Positions 52,641-62,494 of a stretch of 64,000 bases of DNA are shown here, piece after piece; the stretch's first letter is position 1, and the number at the start of each line of letters is the position of its first letter. The notes below the pieces were generated by a model. That model did no database searches. It was not told the DNA's origin and saw nothing but the letters and a program-made list of their open reading frames with translations. The stretch covers positions 63,547,867 to 63,611,866 of the forward strand of contig NC_068985.1 of NCBI RefSeq assembly GCF_001194135.2. The letters are read 5' to 3'. This DNA comes from Octopus bimaculoides (Eukaryota). The position numbers and the translations under genes were made by a program.

Positions 52641-55600
52641 TATATACATATATATATATACATATATATACATATATACATATATATACATATCTATACA
52701 TATACATGTATATACATTTATGTATATATATGTATATACATATAGATATATATAAATAGATGTGTGTATTTTCCCCTTGTAAACAATTAACACGGAAAGA
52801 ATAGATAAATAGCTACCAGGGAAGCAAAAAATCACACAAGTAAAAAGGTTGTCACTCCTTGTATTTAAAGGTAGAAACTTCGGGATTACGTGAAGTATTT
52901 TGTATAATATATATAAATAAATAAATGGAGTTAAACGCAGGTGTTATTCAAATTCTTTTACTTCCAACACATATTTCGAAGATATCATTGGTATTATTCC
53001 AAAGGAAAAAAATGGTGTAAAACAATGTAACCCTCTCTTCAGGGAAATGAAGAAATGAAACTCGTCAATAAGACATTTTAACATTTTATTCCTTTGGAAT
53101 AATACCAGTGATATCTTTGAAACATGTGTCGGAAGTAAAAGAATTTGAATAACACCTGCGTTTAAATCCAGTTATTTATTTACATATTCATATATACATA
53201 TACGTATATATAAATATCTATCTATCTATCTATCTATNNNNNNNNNNNNNNNNNNNNNNNNNNNNNNNNNNNNNNNNNNNNNNNNNNNNNNNNNNNNNNN
53301 NNNNNNNNNNNNNNNNNNNNNNNNNNNNNNNNNNNNNNNNNNNNNNNNNNNNNNNNNNNNNNNNNNNNNNNTGTGTGTGTGTGTGTGTGTGTATGTGTGG
53401 GAGAATTCACAAAAAAAAAACAGATGAAGACAGGTGGTATAAACAACAAATGGATGTATTAGCATAACGCTTGGGAATAGAGAAAGTTTTTAATGTTTTG
53501 AGCCTAGGCTCTTCAACAGAAAGGAACACAGAAGGAAACAAGGAGAGAAACAAGGAAACAAAAAAAAATATAAGTGTAGTGGTCAGCGATCTATCATGGC
53601 AAATGCCGGACAGAAGGATCACACAGGAGAGTTAAGAAGAAGGGGAGATAACAAAGTAGTAGTGATCCCAAAACGAAGGTGCGTGTGTGTGAGAGAATGC
53701 TGGTGATCTTAACATATGCATGTGTGTATGGAGGTGTGAAAGTGTGAAAATGTGGGGATGGGAATTGGTCAGTGCTGGTCTGTACGTGTTGGTGTGTTGT
53801 GAAGTGATGTGTTGTGATATGGTGTAGCGTCATGTGATGTGAGGGTGTTGGGAGGTGGGGAAGCGAGAGTGGGGAAAACATGGGTGGGTGTAGGTTAGGC
53901 TGAGGGTGGGGGTAGAGATAGGGGTATATGGGTAGGCAGAGGTTGGGGTGGGTGTAAGGGGTGGAATAGGATGGGATGGGAAGGGATGGGAAGGTGGGGT
54001 ACGAGTGTGTAGGGGTGGAATGGGCTTATGAGAGTGGGTTGGCAGTGACGGGGAATGGGAAGGTGGGTATGGGAGGAGGGAGAAAGAGAATAAGAGAGAG
54101 AGTAAGAGAGAAGAGAGAAAGAGTAGGGTTAGAGAGAAGTAGGAGTAAAGAGAAGTAGGAGCCGGAGAGGAGAGGTGGGAGGAAGTAGGAAGGAGGGGAG
54201 AGGGTTAGATGAAAAGAGGAGGAGAGTTGAGCCCATGTGACACAAAGGAGCGAAGAGAGAAGATTAATCCTTGTTCACGGTGAAAATGGGACTCTGCATG
54301 GCCCCTGTGCAAGGACAATCCAAACACAGATAGGTGTTACTGCAAGGAGTGACTGGTAGAGTGGAAATAGCATGACACTGGGGTGTCATTGCCAAGGCGG
54401 ATGTCTCGGAGGTGTTCCGCAAATTGGTCGGCCAGGCAGCACCCCGTTTGTCCGATGTACAGAGAATGGCAGAGAGAGGAGATGCAATAGATGATGTAGG
54501 TAGAAGTGCAGGTGAAGGGGTCGGTGATGCGATAGGGTCGATGATGGGTGCCAGTGAGGAGGATGGTGTTGGAGAGGTAAGGGCAAATGCGGCAGCGTGG
54601 GCGGGAGTAAGGGAACGAGCCAGGTTGGGAGGTTGGGTTGGTGAAGAAGCTGTGGACCAAGAGGTCTTGTAGGTTGTGGGCTCGTTTGAAGGAGGGGAGG
54701 GGTCAGTTAGGGAAGATGTGTGAAGTGGGGGGGTCGGACTGGAGGCACCCGAAAGCTTGGAGAATGGTGCTTTGGAGAGGTAGGGTGGTGGGATGGTACG
54801 TGAGGGGAAAAGGGAGGCGGGAGATAGCAGGGTGGGCTCAGGGGAAGAGAGCAGATGCATGGTTCATGGAATGTGCTCTAGCAAGGGCGGTGTGGATGGT
54901 GGTGAGGGGATATCCCCGTAGGATGAAGCCATGAATTGAGACTGAGTCTCAAAGTCATGGTTGTCACTACAGAGCCTGCGTAGATGGAGGAATTGGGAAT
55001 AGGAGATAGAAAGCTTGGCGTGTTTAGGGTGGGAGGAGGAGAAGTTGAGATAAGAGTGTGAGACTGTGTGTTTGTAGTGGATGGAGGTGGTAAGAGTGGA
55101 GTGATGAATGCTGACAGAAAAGTCAAGAAAGGGGACAGAGGTGTCAGAGATAGTGCAGGATGGAAGGATTTGACAAAAGAGAGGAATGAGTCAAGATGTT
55201 CGCGGGAGAATGAGGTGGCACTGATAAAGTCGTCAATATAACGGCAATATAGTTCGGGAGTAGGACCAGTGGAACTTGAGAATATTTGTGCATCAACATA
55301 GCCAACGAACAGGTTCGCATAGTTGGGGCCCATTCTCATTCCCATGCACCGACGAATTCCCATCTCCACATTTTCACACCTTCACACCTACATACATATT
55401 CTCTGTAAAAGCTGACTTTGGTATGAAGGATAAAGAGAAGTAATTTTGAAATGAATACAAAAATGTTTGTAAATATGAAATGTGTTTTAACGAGCTGACT
55501 GCTAGACTTATCAATTCCACCTTAAACAAAAGTCACCATGGAAAGAAAACAAAACTAAAAAATTAGTAACTGTTATAGAAGCATACTAGAATTATTGTGT

Positions 55601-58600
55601 CAAAGACAGTTTAATTCTATGGTTTGGTTTAAGACAGCAACAAAATGTAATGAATTTTCTTCTTATGAGAGACTGAGGCAATGTTGGAGCATCTATGGTG
55701 ATCACTCAATATGCTTCAAATATCAGCAAAATTTCTCTCATACATTACAATCTTAAAAAAAAGTACCAGAAGACAAAATTGCTTTAGATATACAAATGGA
55801 TTTGATAACAAGCCTTCTCATGGCTGATAGGGACCTAAATAACAACAGCAACTGCTACTACTACTCAACATCTCCCTAAAAGAAATCAATTATTTTACAC
55901 ATATCTGAAGGTTTACAACAGTTTTCTATGAATACAAGTGATGCCACTCACATTGACCAAACAACATCACAAATATAGCAAATATCTTTTACAAAGGTTT
56001 TCAAGATAAAGAATATTGTAAATTTATTTAATTTCTGAGTAAATCTAAAGAAAACATTTCGTAATAGTCAAAATTGAAGAAAAAATGTCTTTTGATGAGA
56101 AGTAGAGAAAATGTGAAGACTCATAAATATTTAGAATAATAATTATGAGATACATAACTGAAAGAAAGGAAGCTTTAGATTTTAAAAAACTGAAATTTTG
56201 GATTTTTATTTCACTTTTGTGATGGGTAAACTAAAACTGAAAAAAAAACCCACTATTTATTTATACAAAAAACACTCATGAACAATGTGACTGCTAATTA
56301 GAAACAATGAAATCCATGAAAAACATATCTAATATAATATTCACTGGCTTTCTTTAGTACTATGTATTGTGGAGAAAAGGTATTTAGTCAGGTTTATTAC
56401 ACTTGCTGTATAGTAAAAATGTACATAAATTCTAAACAAAATCAAAAGCAATTTCAATAGTAAGTTGTAGATTGTAGAGTTTGTAAAGTAATGCCTAAAA
56501 TGGACAATTGGCAAACTCAGGCTGTGTGGAATCACTGTAGTCAACATTCAGTATGGAAGGCTAGTAAACATTTTCATTATCCAAATGTGTAAAGACAATT
56601 GAATACCTCAGTTTTTTAAAATATTTTCATTAGAACAAAATGATATCATTACTGGTATGTGAACATAAACTGAAATCTACACTTCAGTTTCTGAAATATT
56701 GTAACTATTGTATTGAATATAATTATTCAATACAAAATTGAATATAATTATTCAATACAAAGATGGAATATTTGTATCTCCAATAATGGAAGTATTTAAA
56801 CAAGTATTTGATACTGAAAGTGTTTACAGTACTTATTGCCTTCCATACTGATGAGTGATGGCAGTAGTTATGTAGGGTCCTGTGTATTTTTATAGTACCC
56901 ATTGAAACTAGATGGCTTTGGATGGAAAATTTTTGTGTAATTATCTATTATAGTTTTCAAAGACATATGATGGCACAATAGCACACTTTTCTACAACAAA
57001 TCTAATTTTCTGAAACCTGAGATCAAATGTATTCCATCCACAACCATCTCAGCTTGTTTTCTATACTCTTTACTCTCTTTTACTCTTTCACTTGTTTCAG
57101 TCATTTAACTGCGGTCATGCAGGAGCACAGCCTTTAGTTGAGCAAATCGACCCCAGGACTTATTCTTTGTAAGCCTAGTACTTATTCTATCGGTCTCTTT
57201 TGCCAAACCGTTAAGTTATGGGGATGCAAACACACCACCATCAGTTGTCAAGCGATGTTGGGGGGACAAACACAGACATACAAACATATACACACATATA
57301 CATATTTATGTACATATATATGACGGGCTTCTTTCAGTTTCCATCTACCAAATCCACTCACAAGGCTTTGGTCAGCCCGAGGCTATAGTAGAAGACACTT
57401 GCCCAAGGTGCCATGCAGTGGGAATGAACCCGGAACCATGTAGTTGGTAAGCAAGCTACTTACCACACAGCCACTCCTGCGCCTATCTAAAAGTATCTAA
57501 ATCTATTTTGATTTCCTCAGAAGGCATTATATAATGTCTTTAAGCTTTGAGGAAGATTTTGCAACTATTTCTAGCAAGTTGAGGAAGTGTGCAGAGGTCT
57601 GCTTCTTGACTCATTTTATGTAATATGCTGTGGAAGATAGTGTGGTCGACTGTTCTAATGGTGATGTAATAGAAGCATAGTTGAATGCTGTTGCGGTGGT
57701 GTAAATGAATGTTACAGTAGGGCAATATATATAATATTGTGGTAGTGGTAACAGTACTACTACTATTACATCAGGGCAACAATATGACAAGACCATTACA
57801 CTATAACTAAGTAATGTAAAAAATATTTTCTTCATTTTTAGCAAGACCACTCTGCTTTCTTGGCCCTTCAATATAGAGGGGAGAGAGAAAAATAAGTGCT
57901 TGTACTTGACTGATATTTAATAATAATAATAATAATGATAATAATAATAATAATAATAATAACAACAATAATAATAATCCTTTCTACTGTAGGCACAAGG
58001 CCTGAAATTTGTGAAGAGGGAACTAGTTGATTACATCAGCTCCAGTGTTTCACTGGTACTTAATTTATTGACTCTGAAAGGATGAAAGGCAAAGTTGACC
58101 TCGGTGGAATAAGAACTCAGAATGCAGTGGCAGAAGAAGCACCGCTAAGCATATTGCCAGCGTACTAATGATTCTGTCAGCTCGTCACCTTAATAATAAG
58201 TTTCAAATTTTTCCACAAGGGCAGCAATTTTGGGGGAGGGGATGAGTTGATTACATTGACCCCAGTGTTTAAATGGTACGTAATTTATCAATCCCAAAAG
58301 GATGAAAGACAATGTCGACCGTGGCAGAATTTGAACTCAGAACATAGCGACGGGTGAAAGGCTAAGCATTTCATCTGGTGGGATAATGATTCTGCCAGCT
58401 CACTGCCTTCAATAATAATAATGGTAATAATAATAGTAAACAGTATCCTTCTGCTAGTTTGATGGTTCAATATACAATAGCATAGTAAACAACAAATGAC
58501 AAAATGTAAGTGAAATCTAATGAAAACGGGAATAATGAAACAATAGCACTAATTAAACAATTTTTGAATTAAGAGAAAATGAAATGAAAAGAGTACTACC

Positions 58601-61600
58601 ATTTGTTGATGTGCCTTTTATATAAAGTACATACATACGTTTTATATACACACATATCAGAATGTGCATGAGAGAATATAAAGCAAGAATGGTAAAGATA
58701 CCCACAGAGTAGTGTTCAGATAGAGGAGAATTTAAAATCTACTCTTTCATCCAGGGCAGGTGCCACTGGCATCAAAAGTTAGCTGAAAAATGATCTTCAT
58801 TGAGCTGGTATGAAAATAAAAACAGATGAACATAAGTAGGCTTAATGCATACAATTACAGAGTACAAAATAAACAAAAGTAAATGAAAGGAATTATGCAA
58901 CAGTTTTATCTAAACAGCTTCAGGAGCACCATGAATTATGACATAAACCACATTCAAACATAATAAAGATCCATGATGTTGTAGGTGTATGTTATAACCT
59001 AAGTTCCTATGGATTTTTTAGCTGAAACCAGGTAACACTCATCATACAAATGGATCCATACGAAATTATGTTATTACATATGCCTACAGCTTCATAGATC
59101 TTTATACTGTATGAACATAGTTATGACACAAGCCATGGTGCACCTGAAACAGCCATCAAGATAAGACTATTATACAATTCCTTTCATTTATCTTACTCCA
59201 TACTCTGTATTTTGTATTCCATGTAAATATATATAATTAAGTCTGTGTACTTGTGTTTATCTGTCTTTCTACCTTATATATATANNNNNNNNNNCAATTA
59301 AGGGTATGAAGACAGGGAAAGCCCCCTGGCCCATCAGGAATCACTGCAGAGATGCTTAAAATATCTTGCGGTGTTGGCTATAGTCTAGTCACCTGTATAG
59401 ACAACCAGGTGATACATGAAGGAGTCATACCCAATGACTGGTGTAGTAGCATCATAGTCAACTGCTACAAAGGTAAACGTGACGCATTAGATACAAATAA
59501 TTACAGAGGTATCAAGTAATAAAAGTAAAGAAGAGGATCATAGTGCAACTAATTAGGGAGAGGGTCAGTCTAGATGAGATGCAGTTTGGGTTTGTGCTAG
59601 GGAAAAGCACTGCTAATGCTATATTTCTGGTAAGACAGCTGCAGGAGAAATACCTAGCCAAAGATAAACCTCTGTACTTGGCTTTCGTTGACATGGAGAA
59701 AGCTTTGACAGGGTCCCCCGATCCCTCATCTGGTGGTCAATGAGGAAACTAGTGATAGATGAATGTTTAGTGAGAGCTGTACAAACCATGTACAGGGACG
59801 CTGTCAGTAAGGTGAGGGTTGACGAGGAGTACAGTGAATAATTCTGGGTAGAGATAGGGATCCACCAAGGATCAGTCCTCAGCCCTCTCTTATTCCACAT
59901 AGTTCTCCAGGCAATAACAGAGGAATTCAAGACAGGATGCTCCTGGGAGCTCCTCCATGCTGATGACCTTGACCTAATTGCTGAGTCACTATCAGAACTA
60001 GAGGAGAAGTTTCAGGTGTGGAAGCAAGGATTAGAATTGAAGGGCCTTAGAATCAACCTAGCCAAAAAAAAAAGTCTTAATATGTAGGAAGGCTGACAAA
60101 CCACAAATCCCTTCAGCCCTGCTTGATCTGTAGAATAGGCATAGGTAGAAACTCCATAAAATGTACCCAGTGTAAGCTATGGACACATACGAGATAGAGC
60201 AATATCAAAGGAAGGCTAACTGGGACGATAAGATAGTTTTTGTGTGTGGCAAATACTCAGGAGCAATAAACACTGAAAACGTACAGAGAACAGCTTCTGT
60301 CACATTTCAGAGAGAAAAACTACAAGTAGCTGAGAGCTTCCGTTACCTACGTGACCAAGTCAGGAGGAGGGGAGGGTGCTCTGAAAGTGTAGCTGCTAGA
60401 ATAAGAATAGCCTGGGGAAAGTTCAGAGAGCTCTTACCTCTGCTGGTGACAAAGGGACTCTCACTCAGAGTAAAAAGTAGACTATGATGCATGTGTATGA
60501 ACAGCTATGCTACATGGCAGTGAAACACAAGCAATGACTGCTGAAGACATGCGTAAGCTTGCAAGGAATGAAGCGAGTATGTTCCACTGGATGTGTAATG
60601 TCAGTGTGCATACATGACAGAGTGTAAGCACCTTGATAGAAAAGTTGGACTTAAGAAGCATCAAATGTGGTGTGCAAGAGAGATGACTGCACTGGTATGT
60701 CATGTGTTGTGAATGGATGAGGAGAGCTGTGTGAAAAAGTGTCACATCCTAGCAGTTGAGGGAAACTGTGGAAGAAGTAGACCCAGGAAGCCCTGGGATG
60801 AGGTGGTGAAGCATGACCTTCAAGCATTGGGCCTCACCGAGGCAATGATAAGCGGCCAAGACTTTGGAGATATGCTGTGCTTGAGAAGAGCTGGCAAGCC
60901 AAGTGAGATCACAACCGTGGCCTATGCCAATGCTGTACAACCAGTCCATTTAAGAGTACCCTTCAATCATTGGACAATAAACTATGCTTGTGAAGACCTG
61001 TTGAGGCAAGTGCAATTGCTGTTGTGGCTGATGACAGTACCGCCTGATTGGTACTCATGCCACTGGAACATTAAAAGCACCATTCAAGCATGATCGTTGC
61101 CAGGGCCACTGACTGGCTCCCATGCCAGTGGTACGTAAAAAAAAGCACCATTCAAGCATGGTCATTGCCAGTGCCACCAGACTGGCTCCTGTGCAGGTGG
61201 AAGGTGAAAAGCACCATTTGAGCATGGCCGATGCCAGTACTGCCTGACTGGCCCTCGTGCCGGTGGCACGTAAAAGCATCCTCTACACTCTCGGAGTGGT
61301 TAGTGTTGGGAAGGGTATCCAGCTGTAGAAATTTTGCCAGGTCAGATTGGAGACTGGTGCAGCCTTCTGGCTCGCCAGCCCTCAGTCAAATCGTCCAACC
61401 CATGCCTGCATGGAAAGCGGATGTTAAACGATGATGATGATGAGGATGTATACGTACATACGTACATTTATACATATATACATATGCATATGTGAGCACA
61501 AGATGTTACAAAACAGAAACAACAAAAAATACGAAGTACGGGGATATGGAATAAGAACTTTTTTTTGCAAGTAACGAAAGAAACAAATGGAAAACAAGAC

Positions 61601-62494
61601 AAACACAAAGAACAACCCTTCATCAGTGAATAGCTAGAAATACGGATGTGAAAAACAGCTGACAACTGATGAAGGGTCGATCTTTGTGTTTTTTATCTTG
61701 TTTCCCATTTGTTTCTTTCGTTGCTTGCAAAAAAAAAAGTTCTTATTCCATGTCCTCATACTTCGTATTTCTTGTTTATGTTTTGTGACGTCCTGTGCCC
61801 ACATATACATATACATGTAAGTATGTACATATACATATGTATATATGAATATAAATATATATTATTTATATTGTTATATGATCGAACGCCATGCATCCTT
61901 TTCCAAGTAAGTTTTATCTATACACACACACACATATATATATATAACTAGAAGCTGGAGTAGGGCCTGAGTCCCACATGCAGCACTTTAAGCCCCACTT
62001 TATCTATCAAAAATGAATTCTTCTTTTAAAATCAGTCTGGAATATGCATGAGAAGAAATTTAAAAAAAAATATCAGCTTGGACCCCATAAAAACCCATGA
62101 ACAAAACAAAAACATAAATTATTCATTTAAAATAAATGAAGGGAAAATTATAATCATATGTTTGTGACTCAATAAAACAGTAGATGAACATGGTGGTGGT
62201 GGATATATAAGACAAAGAGCAAGGAGGCTGTAATGTGTAGAATTAGTTTAGAAACAGAATCAACAAAGAACTTACATGGTGTTCCATTAATGGTGGGTGT
62301 CAATATAGTGCTAGATGCCCGAGTGATCATACTTTTACGCTGAGCTGTCCCTGAAGAGGAGACTGAGGACAATTTGGTCTCAGCAGACTGGCTTGAAGGA
62401 GAAGCAGACAAAGTGGCTGATGAGGCAATGTTGCCAGCGGCAATGACGGTTTGGGAAGATGTCAACTGGGATGCTGGTGAGCTGATGTCAAGAG
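8447..62494 (-). CDS. SBF2: SBF1/SBF2 (MTMR5/MTMR13)-like myotubularin pseudophosphatase, 3' part: 12 coding exons, 5'-incomplete
   Basis: Exons 62276-62494, 36678-36856, 36376-36552, 35209-35313, 32023-32208, 30950-31258, 25582-25812, 24073-24379, 16641-16796, 16216-16349, 15070-15201 and 8447-8539 all have AG/GT boundaries and join in one open frame. Motifs [47 protein letters not shown] and [21 protein letters not shown] are characteristic of SBF proteins. Invertebrates typically have a single Sbf, so the SBF1/SBF2 symbol is nominal. Confidence 0.95.
8599..8720. repeat. Degenerate minisatellite, unit about 29 bp (ctgacaatcaatattatatc...)
   Basis: 4-5 copies of gacaatcaat just before the last coding exon; resumes at 8920-8950 after a SINE. 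Confidence 0.6.
8721..8919 (+). mobile_element. SINE with Nin/Deu-like core
   Basis: ttctgagttcaaattccgcc...cttttcatccttttgaggtcaataaaataagtac; flanked by caatattata on both sides. Confidence 0.7.
9560..9770 (-). mobile_element. SINE with Nin/Deu-like core
   Basis: Reverse complement of the 8721 family (atcgaccccgaaaggatggaaggcaaagtcgac...gccagcttgccgcc). Other copies at about 14800-15030, 35640-35860, 57970-58190 and 58200-58410. Confidence 0.75.
9940..11170 (+). mobile_element. RTE-like LINE 3' fragment with CT-rich 3' UTR and (GAT)n tail
   Basis: Similar to the 3' end of the 59295-61440 element; ends gttaaatgttgatgatgatgatgat. Confidence 0.7.
11230..11700 (+). mobile_element. Possible very old mariner fragment
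   Basis: Reads as (W)[10 protein letters not shown]...LEMLK...NAIFL, resembling the mariner WVPHEL region. Confidence 0.35.
12824..14796 (-). mobile_element. Gag-only Ty3/Gypsy-like LTR retrotransposon with two LTRs (12824-13116 and 14489-14796)
   Basis: Direct repeats of 293 and 308 bp with TG...CA ends; PBS TGGCGATGAGGA at 14476-14487; PPT aaaaggggaga next to the 3' LTR; flanks gataa/gatga; broken gag ORFs with zinc knuckles [13 protein letters not shown] and CFHxxxxGHIKSHC. Confidence 0.9.
15070..15201 (-). CDS. SBF2: SBF-like exon: PH domain middle ([24 protein letters not shown]...ENGCFE)
   Basis: Acceptor tttctcaactag|TTG, donor GAG|gtaagg; 132 nt. Confidence 0.95.
15322..15396. repeat. 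25-bp x3 minisatellite
   Basis: atccataggccttgttaaaggaaat / atccataagatttgttataagcaac / atccatatgccttgttataggcaat. Confidence 0.75.
16216..16349 (-). CDS. SBF2: SBF-like exon: start of PH domain ([30 protein letters not shown])
   Basis: Acceptor ttgtgatag|GC, donor CAG|gtcagt; 134 nt. Confidence 0.96.
16641..16796 (-). CDS. SBF2: SBF-like exon: C-terminal half of C1 domain ([22 protein letters not shown]) and Ser-rich linker
   Basis: Acceptor ctctttccag|GC, donor G|gtaagt; 156 nt, phase 1-1. Confidence 0.94.
17340..19140 (+). mobile_element. Penelope-like element fragment(s): RT C-terminus and GIY-YIG endonuclease
   Basis: [17 protein letters not shown]...KIFN and NVVYEC...KVYIGST...FKR...HLNSF (GIY-YIG). 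Confidence 0.8.
19145..20375 (-). mobile_element. Full-length, frameshifted Tc1-family DNA transposon (1231 bp)
   Basis: 30-bp TIRs caggggttggacaaaataatggaaacacct (1 mismatch), TA TSD; transposase pieces [30 protein letters not shown] and [12 protein letters not shown]. Confidence 0.95.
20376..21430 (+). mobile_element. Penelope-like fragments and terminal-repeat-like sequence
   Basis: [25 protein letters not shown] at 21174-21250 resembles the 17477 ORF; about 100-bp direct repeat at 20690-20790 and 20985-21080. Confidence 0.6.
23803..23905. repeat. About 29-bp x3.5 minisatellite with internal dyad
   Basis: Units centred on (c/t)ttaaaga(c/t)a; unit 3 is ctgtgttcttttaaagacacag. Confidence 0.65.
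24073..24379 (-). CDS. SBF2: SBF-like exon: coiled-coil region and N-terminal half of C1 domain ([28 protein letters not shown])
   Basis: Acceptor ttgtgtag|GAA, donor GGG G|gtaagt; 307 nt, phase 0-1. Confidence 0.94.
25582..25812 (-). CDS. SBF2: SBF-like exon ([17 protein letters not shown]...FSWEFQ)
   Basis: Acceptor tttacag|GTT, donor CAA|gtgagt; 231 nt; LRPxxxxxxLxxWxYF motif. Confidence 0.95.
26455..26630 (+). mobile_element. RTE-tail-derived repeat
   Basis: gccagtacccgcctgactggccctcgtgccggtggcacgtaaaagcacc...; same family at 25230-25480, 39240-39540(-), 48620-48960(-) and 61215-61440. Confidence 0.75.
27960..30600 (+). mobile_element. Degenerate RTE-like LINE interrupted by a foldback element at 29321-30153
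   Basis: [28 protein letters not shown] and GVHQGS; sequence on both sides of the insertion is colinear with the 59295-61440 copy; (GAT)n tail at about 30590. Confidence 0.88.
29321..30153. mobile_element. Foldback-type element with 15-bp subterminal tandem arrays, carrying a CCHC plus restriction-like-endonuclease fragment
   Basis: Termini tggtgactggcaaattccac versus the reverse complement tggttctaggtaaattccac; 6 and 5 units of ggtaaattccaccat in inverted orientation; flanks gtttgat/gttttat; interior encodes CRYC...[11 protein letters not shown] and NKPDV...IIIEIGITS. Confidence 0.8.
30950..31258 (-). CDS. SBF2: SBF-like exon ([32 protein letters not shown]...YSPSDYDV)
   Basis: Acceptor ttcttttag|ATT, donor GTG|gtgagt; 309 nt; QFPxxFE(F/Y)N myotubularin motif. 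Confidence 0.96.
32023..32208 (-). CDS. SBF2: SBF-like exon ([19 protein letters not shown]...[10 protein letters not shown])
   Basis: Acceptor ttccag|ATT, donor CAG|gtaaga; 186 nt; classic myotubularin motifs. Confidence 0.97.
33481..35159 (-). mobile_element. Degenerate mariner transposon containing a solo LTR
   Basis: TIRs cactggccagttgaaaagttcataggctga and tcagtctatgaacttttcagcccactcttg, TA flanks; transposase pieces [20 protein letters not shown] and [12 protein letters not shown]. Confidence 0.9.
34688..35098. mobile_element. Solo LTR (411 bp)
   Basis: TGT...ACA termini with an exact 5-bp TSD GTTTT (34683-34687 and 35099-35103); higher GC than its flanks. Confidence 0.75.
35209..35313 (-). 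CDS. SBF2: SBF-like exon with degenerate phosphatase P-loop ([14 protein letters not shown])
   Basis: Acceptor attacag|GTA, donor CAG|gtaagt; 105 nt. Confidence 0.95.
36376..36552 (-). CDS. SBF2: SBF-like exon ([36 protein letters not shown]...EDSEWLLQ)
   Basis: Acceptor attttcag|GGC, donor CAG|gtagaa; 177 nt; below the ORF-track cutoff, translated by hand. Confidence 0.95.
36678..36856 (-). CDS. SBF2: SBF-like exon ([10 protein letters not shown]...[12 protein letters not shown])
   Basis: Acceptor actttcag|CA, donor AAG|gtaagt; 179 nt; [11 protein letters not shown] resembles the SBF LYILGDKAQLK motif. Confidence 0.92.
38498..38742. repeat. Inverted-repeat MITE-like element with about 80-bp arms
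   Basis: ggtttaatttacttcaat...taattctatctttaaagaagccaacttcaaaccctaacta mirrored at 38664-38742. Confidence 0.8.
40930..41760 (+). mobile_element. Highly degenerate mariner transposase fragment
   Basis: Reads as [18 protein letters not shown] and [16 protein letters not shown] (the mariner [10 protein letters not shown] motif), with stops and frameshifts. Confidence 0.65.
42045..42310 (+). mobile_element. tRNA-headed SINE
   Basis: ggcacatggctcagtggttagagc (A box) followed by ctgtgtgttgagttcttgagcaagtcacttt. Confidence 0.6.
42585..44049. mobile_element. Non-autonomous hAT-type DNA transposon (1465 bp)
   Basis: TIRs cagggctggccttaag and cctaaggctggccctg; perfect 8-bp TSD ATGCTTAG at 42577-42584 and 44050-44057; no transposase ORF. 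Confidence 0.9.
48059..48103 (-). CDS. Candidate 45-nt cassette exon of the SBF-like gene ([15 protein letters not shown])
   Basis: Long pyrimidine tract ttggtttttctctttacacttatttgtttcag|, donor T|gtaaat; 45 nt, phase 1-1, open and matching the phase of the host intron. Confidence 0.4.
49040..50470 (-). mobile_element. Penelope-like element, RT region and start of endonuclease
   Basis: 260-aa ORF with [35 protein letters not shown] and YKPYHKP; next frame has FFRLIDKHF...[13 protein letters not shown] and VIYEA. Confidence 0.9.
50900..52550 (-). mobile_element. RTE-clade LINE fragment (EN-RT linker and RT N-terminus)
   Basis: [30 protein letters not shown] and [25 protein letters not shown]. 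Confidence 0.9.
52914..53182. repeat. Inverted-repeat MITE-like element with about 100-bp arms
   Basis: 52914-53014 is the reverse complement of 53082-53182. Confidence 0.85.
53400..55370 (-). mobile_element. Penelope-like (Neptune-type) element: RT, Zn-finger linker, GIY-YIG and 3' region
   Basis: [33 protein letters not shown]...LYIGQTG...FAEH. Confidence 0.88.
57085..57485 (-). mobile_element. tRNA-headed SINE, near full length
   Basis: Minus strand reads ggcgcaggagtggctgtgtggtaagtagcttgcttaccaactacatggttccgggttc; similar copies at 27660-27910 and 62920-63300. Confidence 0.8.
59295..61440 (+). mobile_element. RTE-like LINE: degenerate RT, 3' UTR tandem array and (GAT)n tail
   Basis: [47 protein letters not shown] and LLHADDL; ends gttaaacgatgatgatga. 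Confidence 0.92.
61480..61812. repeat. Foldback element with about 148-bp arms and a 37-nt loop
   Basis: 61480-61627 is the reverse complement of 61665-61812; mirrored ORFs in the track. Confidence 0.85.
62276..62494 (-). CDS. SBF2: SBF-like exon, Ser/Thr-rich linker ([14 protein letters not shown]...TPTINGTP)
   Basis: Acceptor ttgtatatag|CT, donor CCAT|gtaagt; 219 nt, phase 1-1, open; compatible with the phase-1 start of exon 36856. Low complexity, so assignment rests on splice signals and phase. Confidence 0.75.

Noticed and set aside
57611-57871. 86-aa ORF behind a pyrimidine tract
   Set aside because: Phase-1 reading from the acceptor hits a stop, there is no good donor, and there is no homology cue.
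61024-61280. CRISPR-like look of repeated aaaagcaccatt with variable intervening sequence
   Set aside because: The intervening sequences are homologous to each other, so this is a tandem repeat; it lies in a eukaryotic LINE tail and there are no cas genes.
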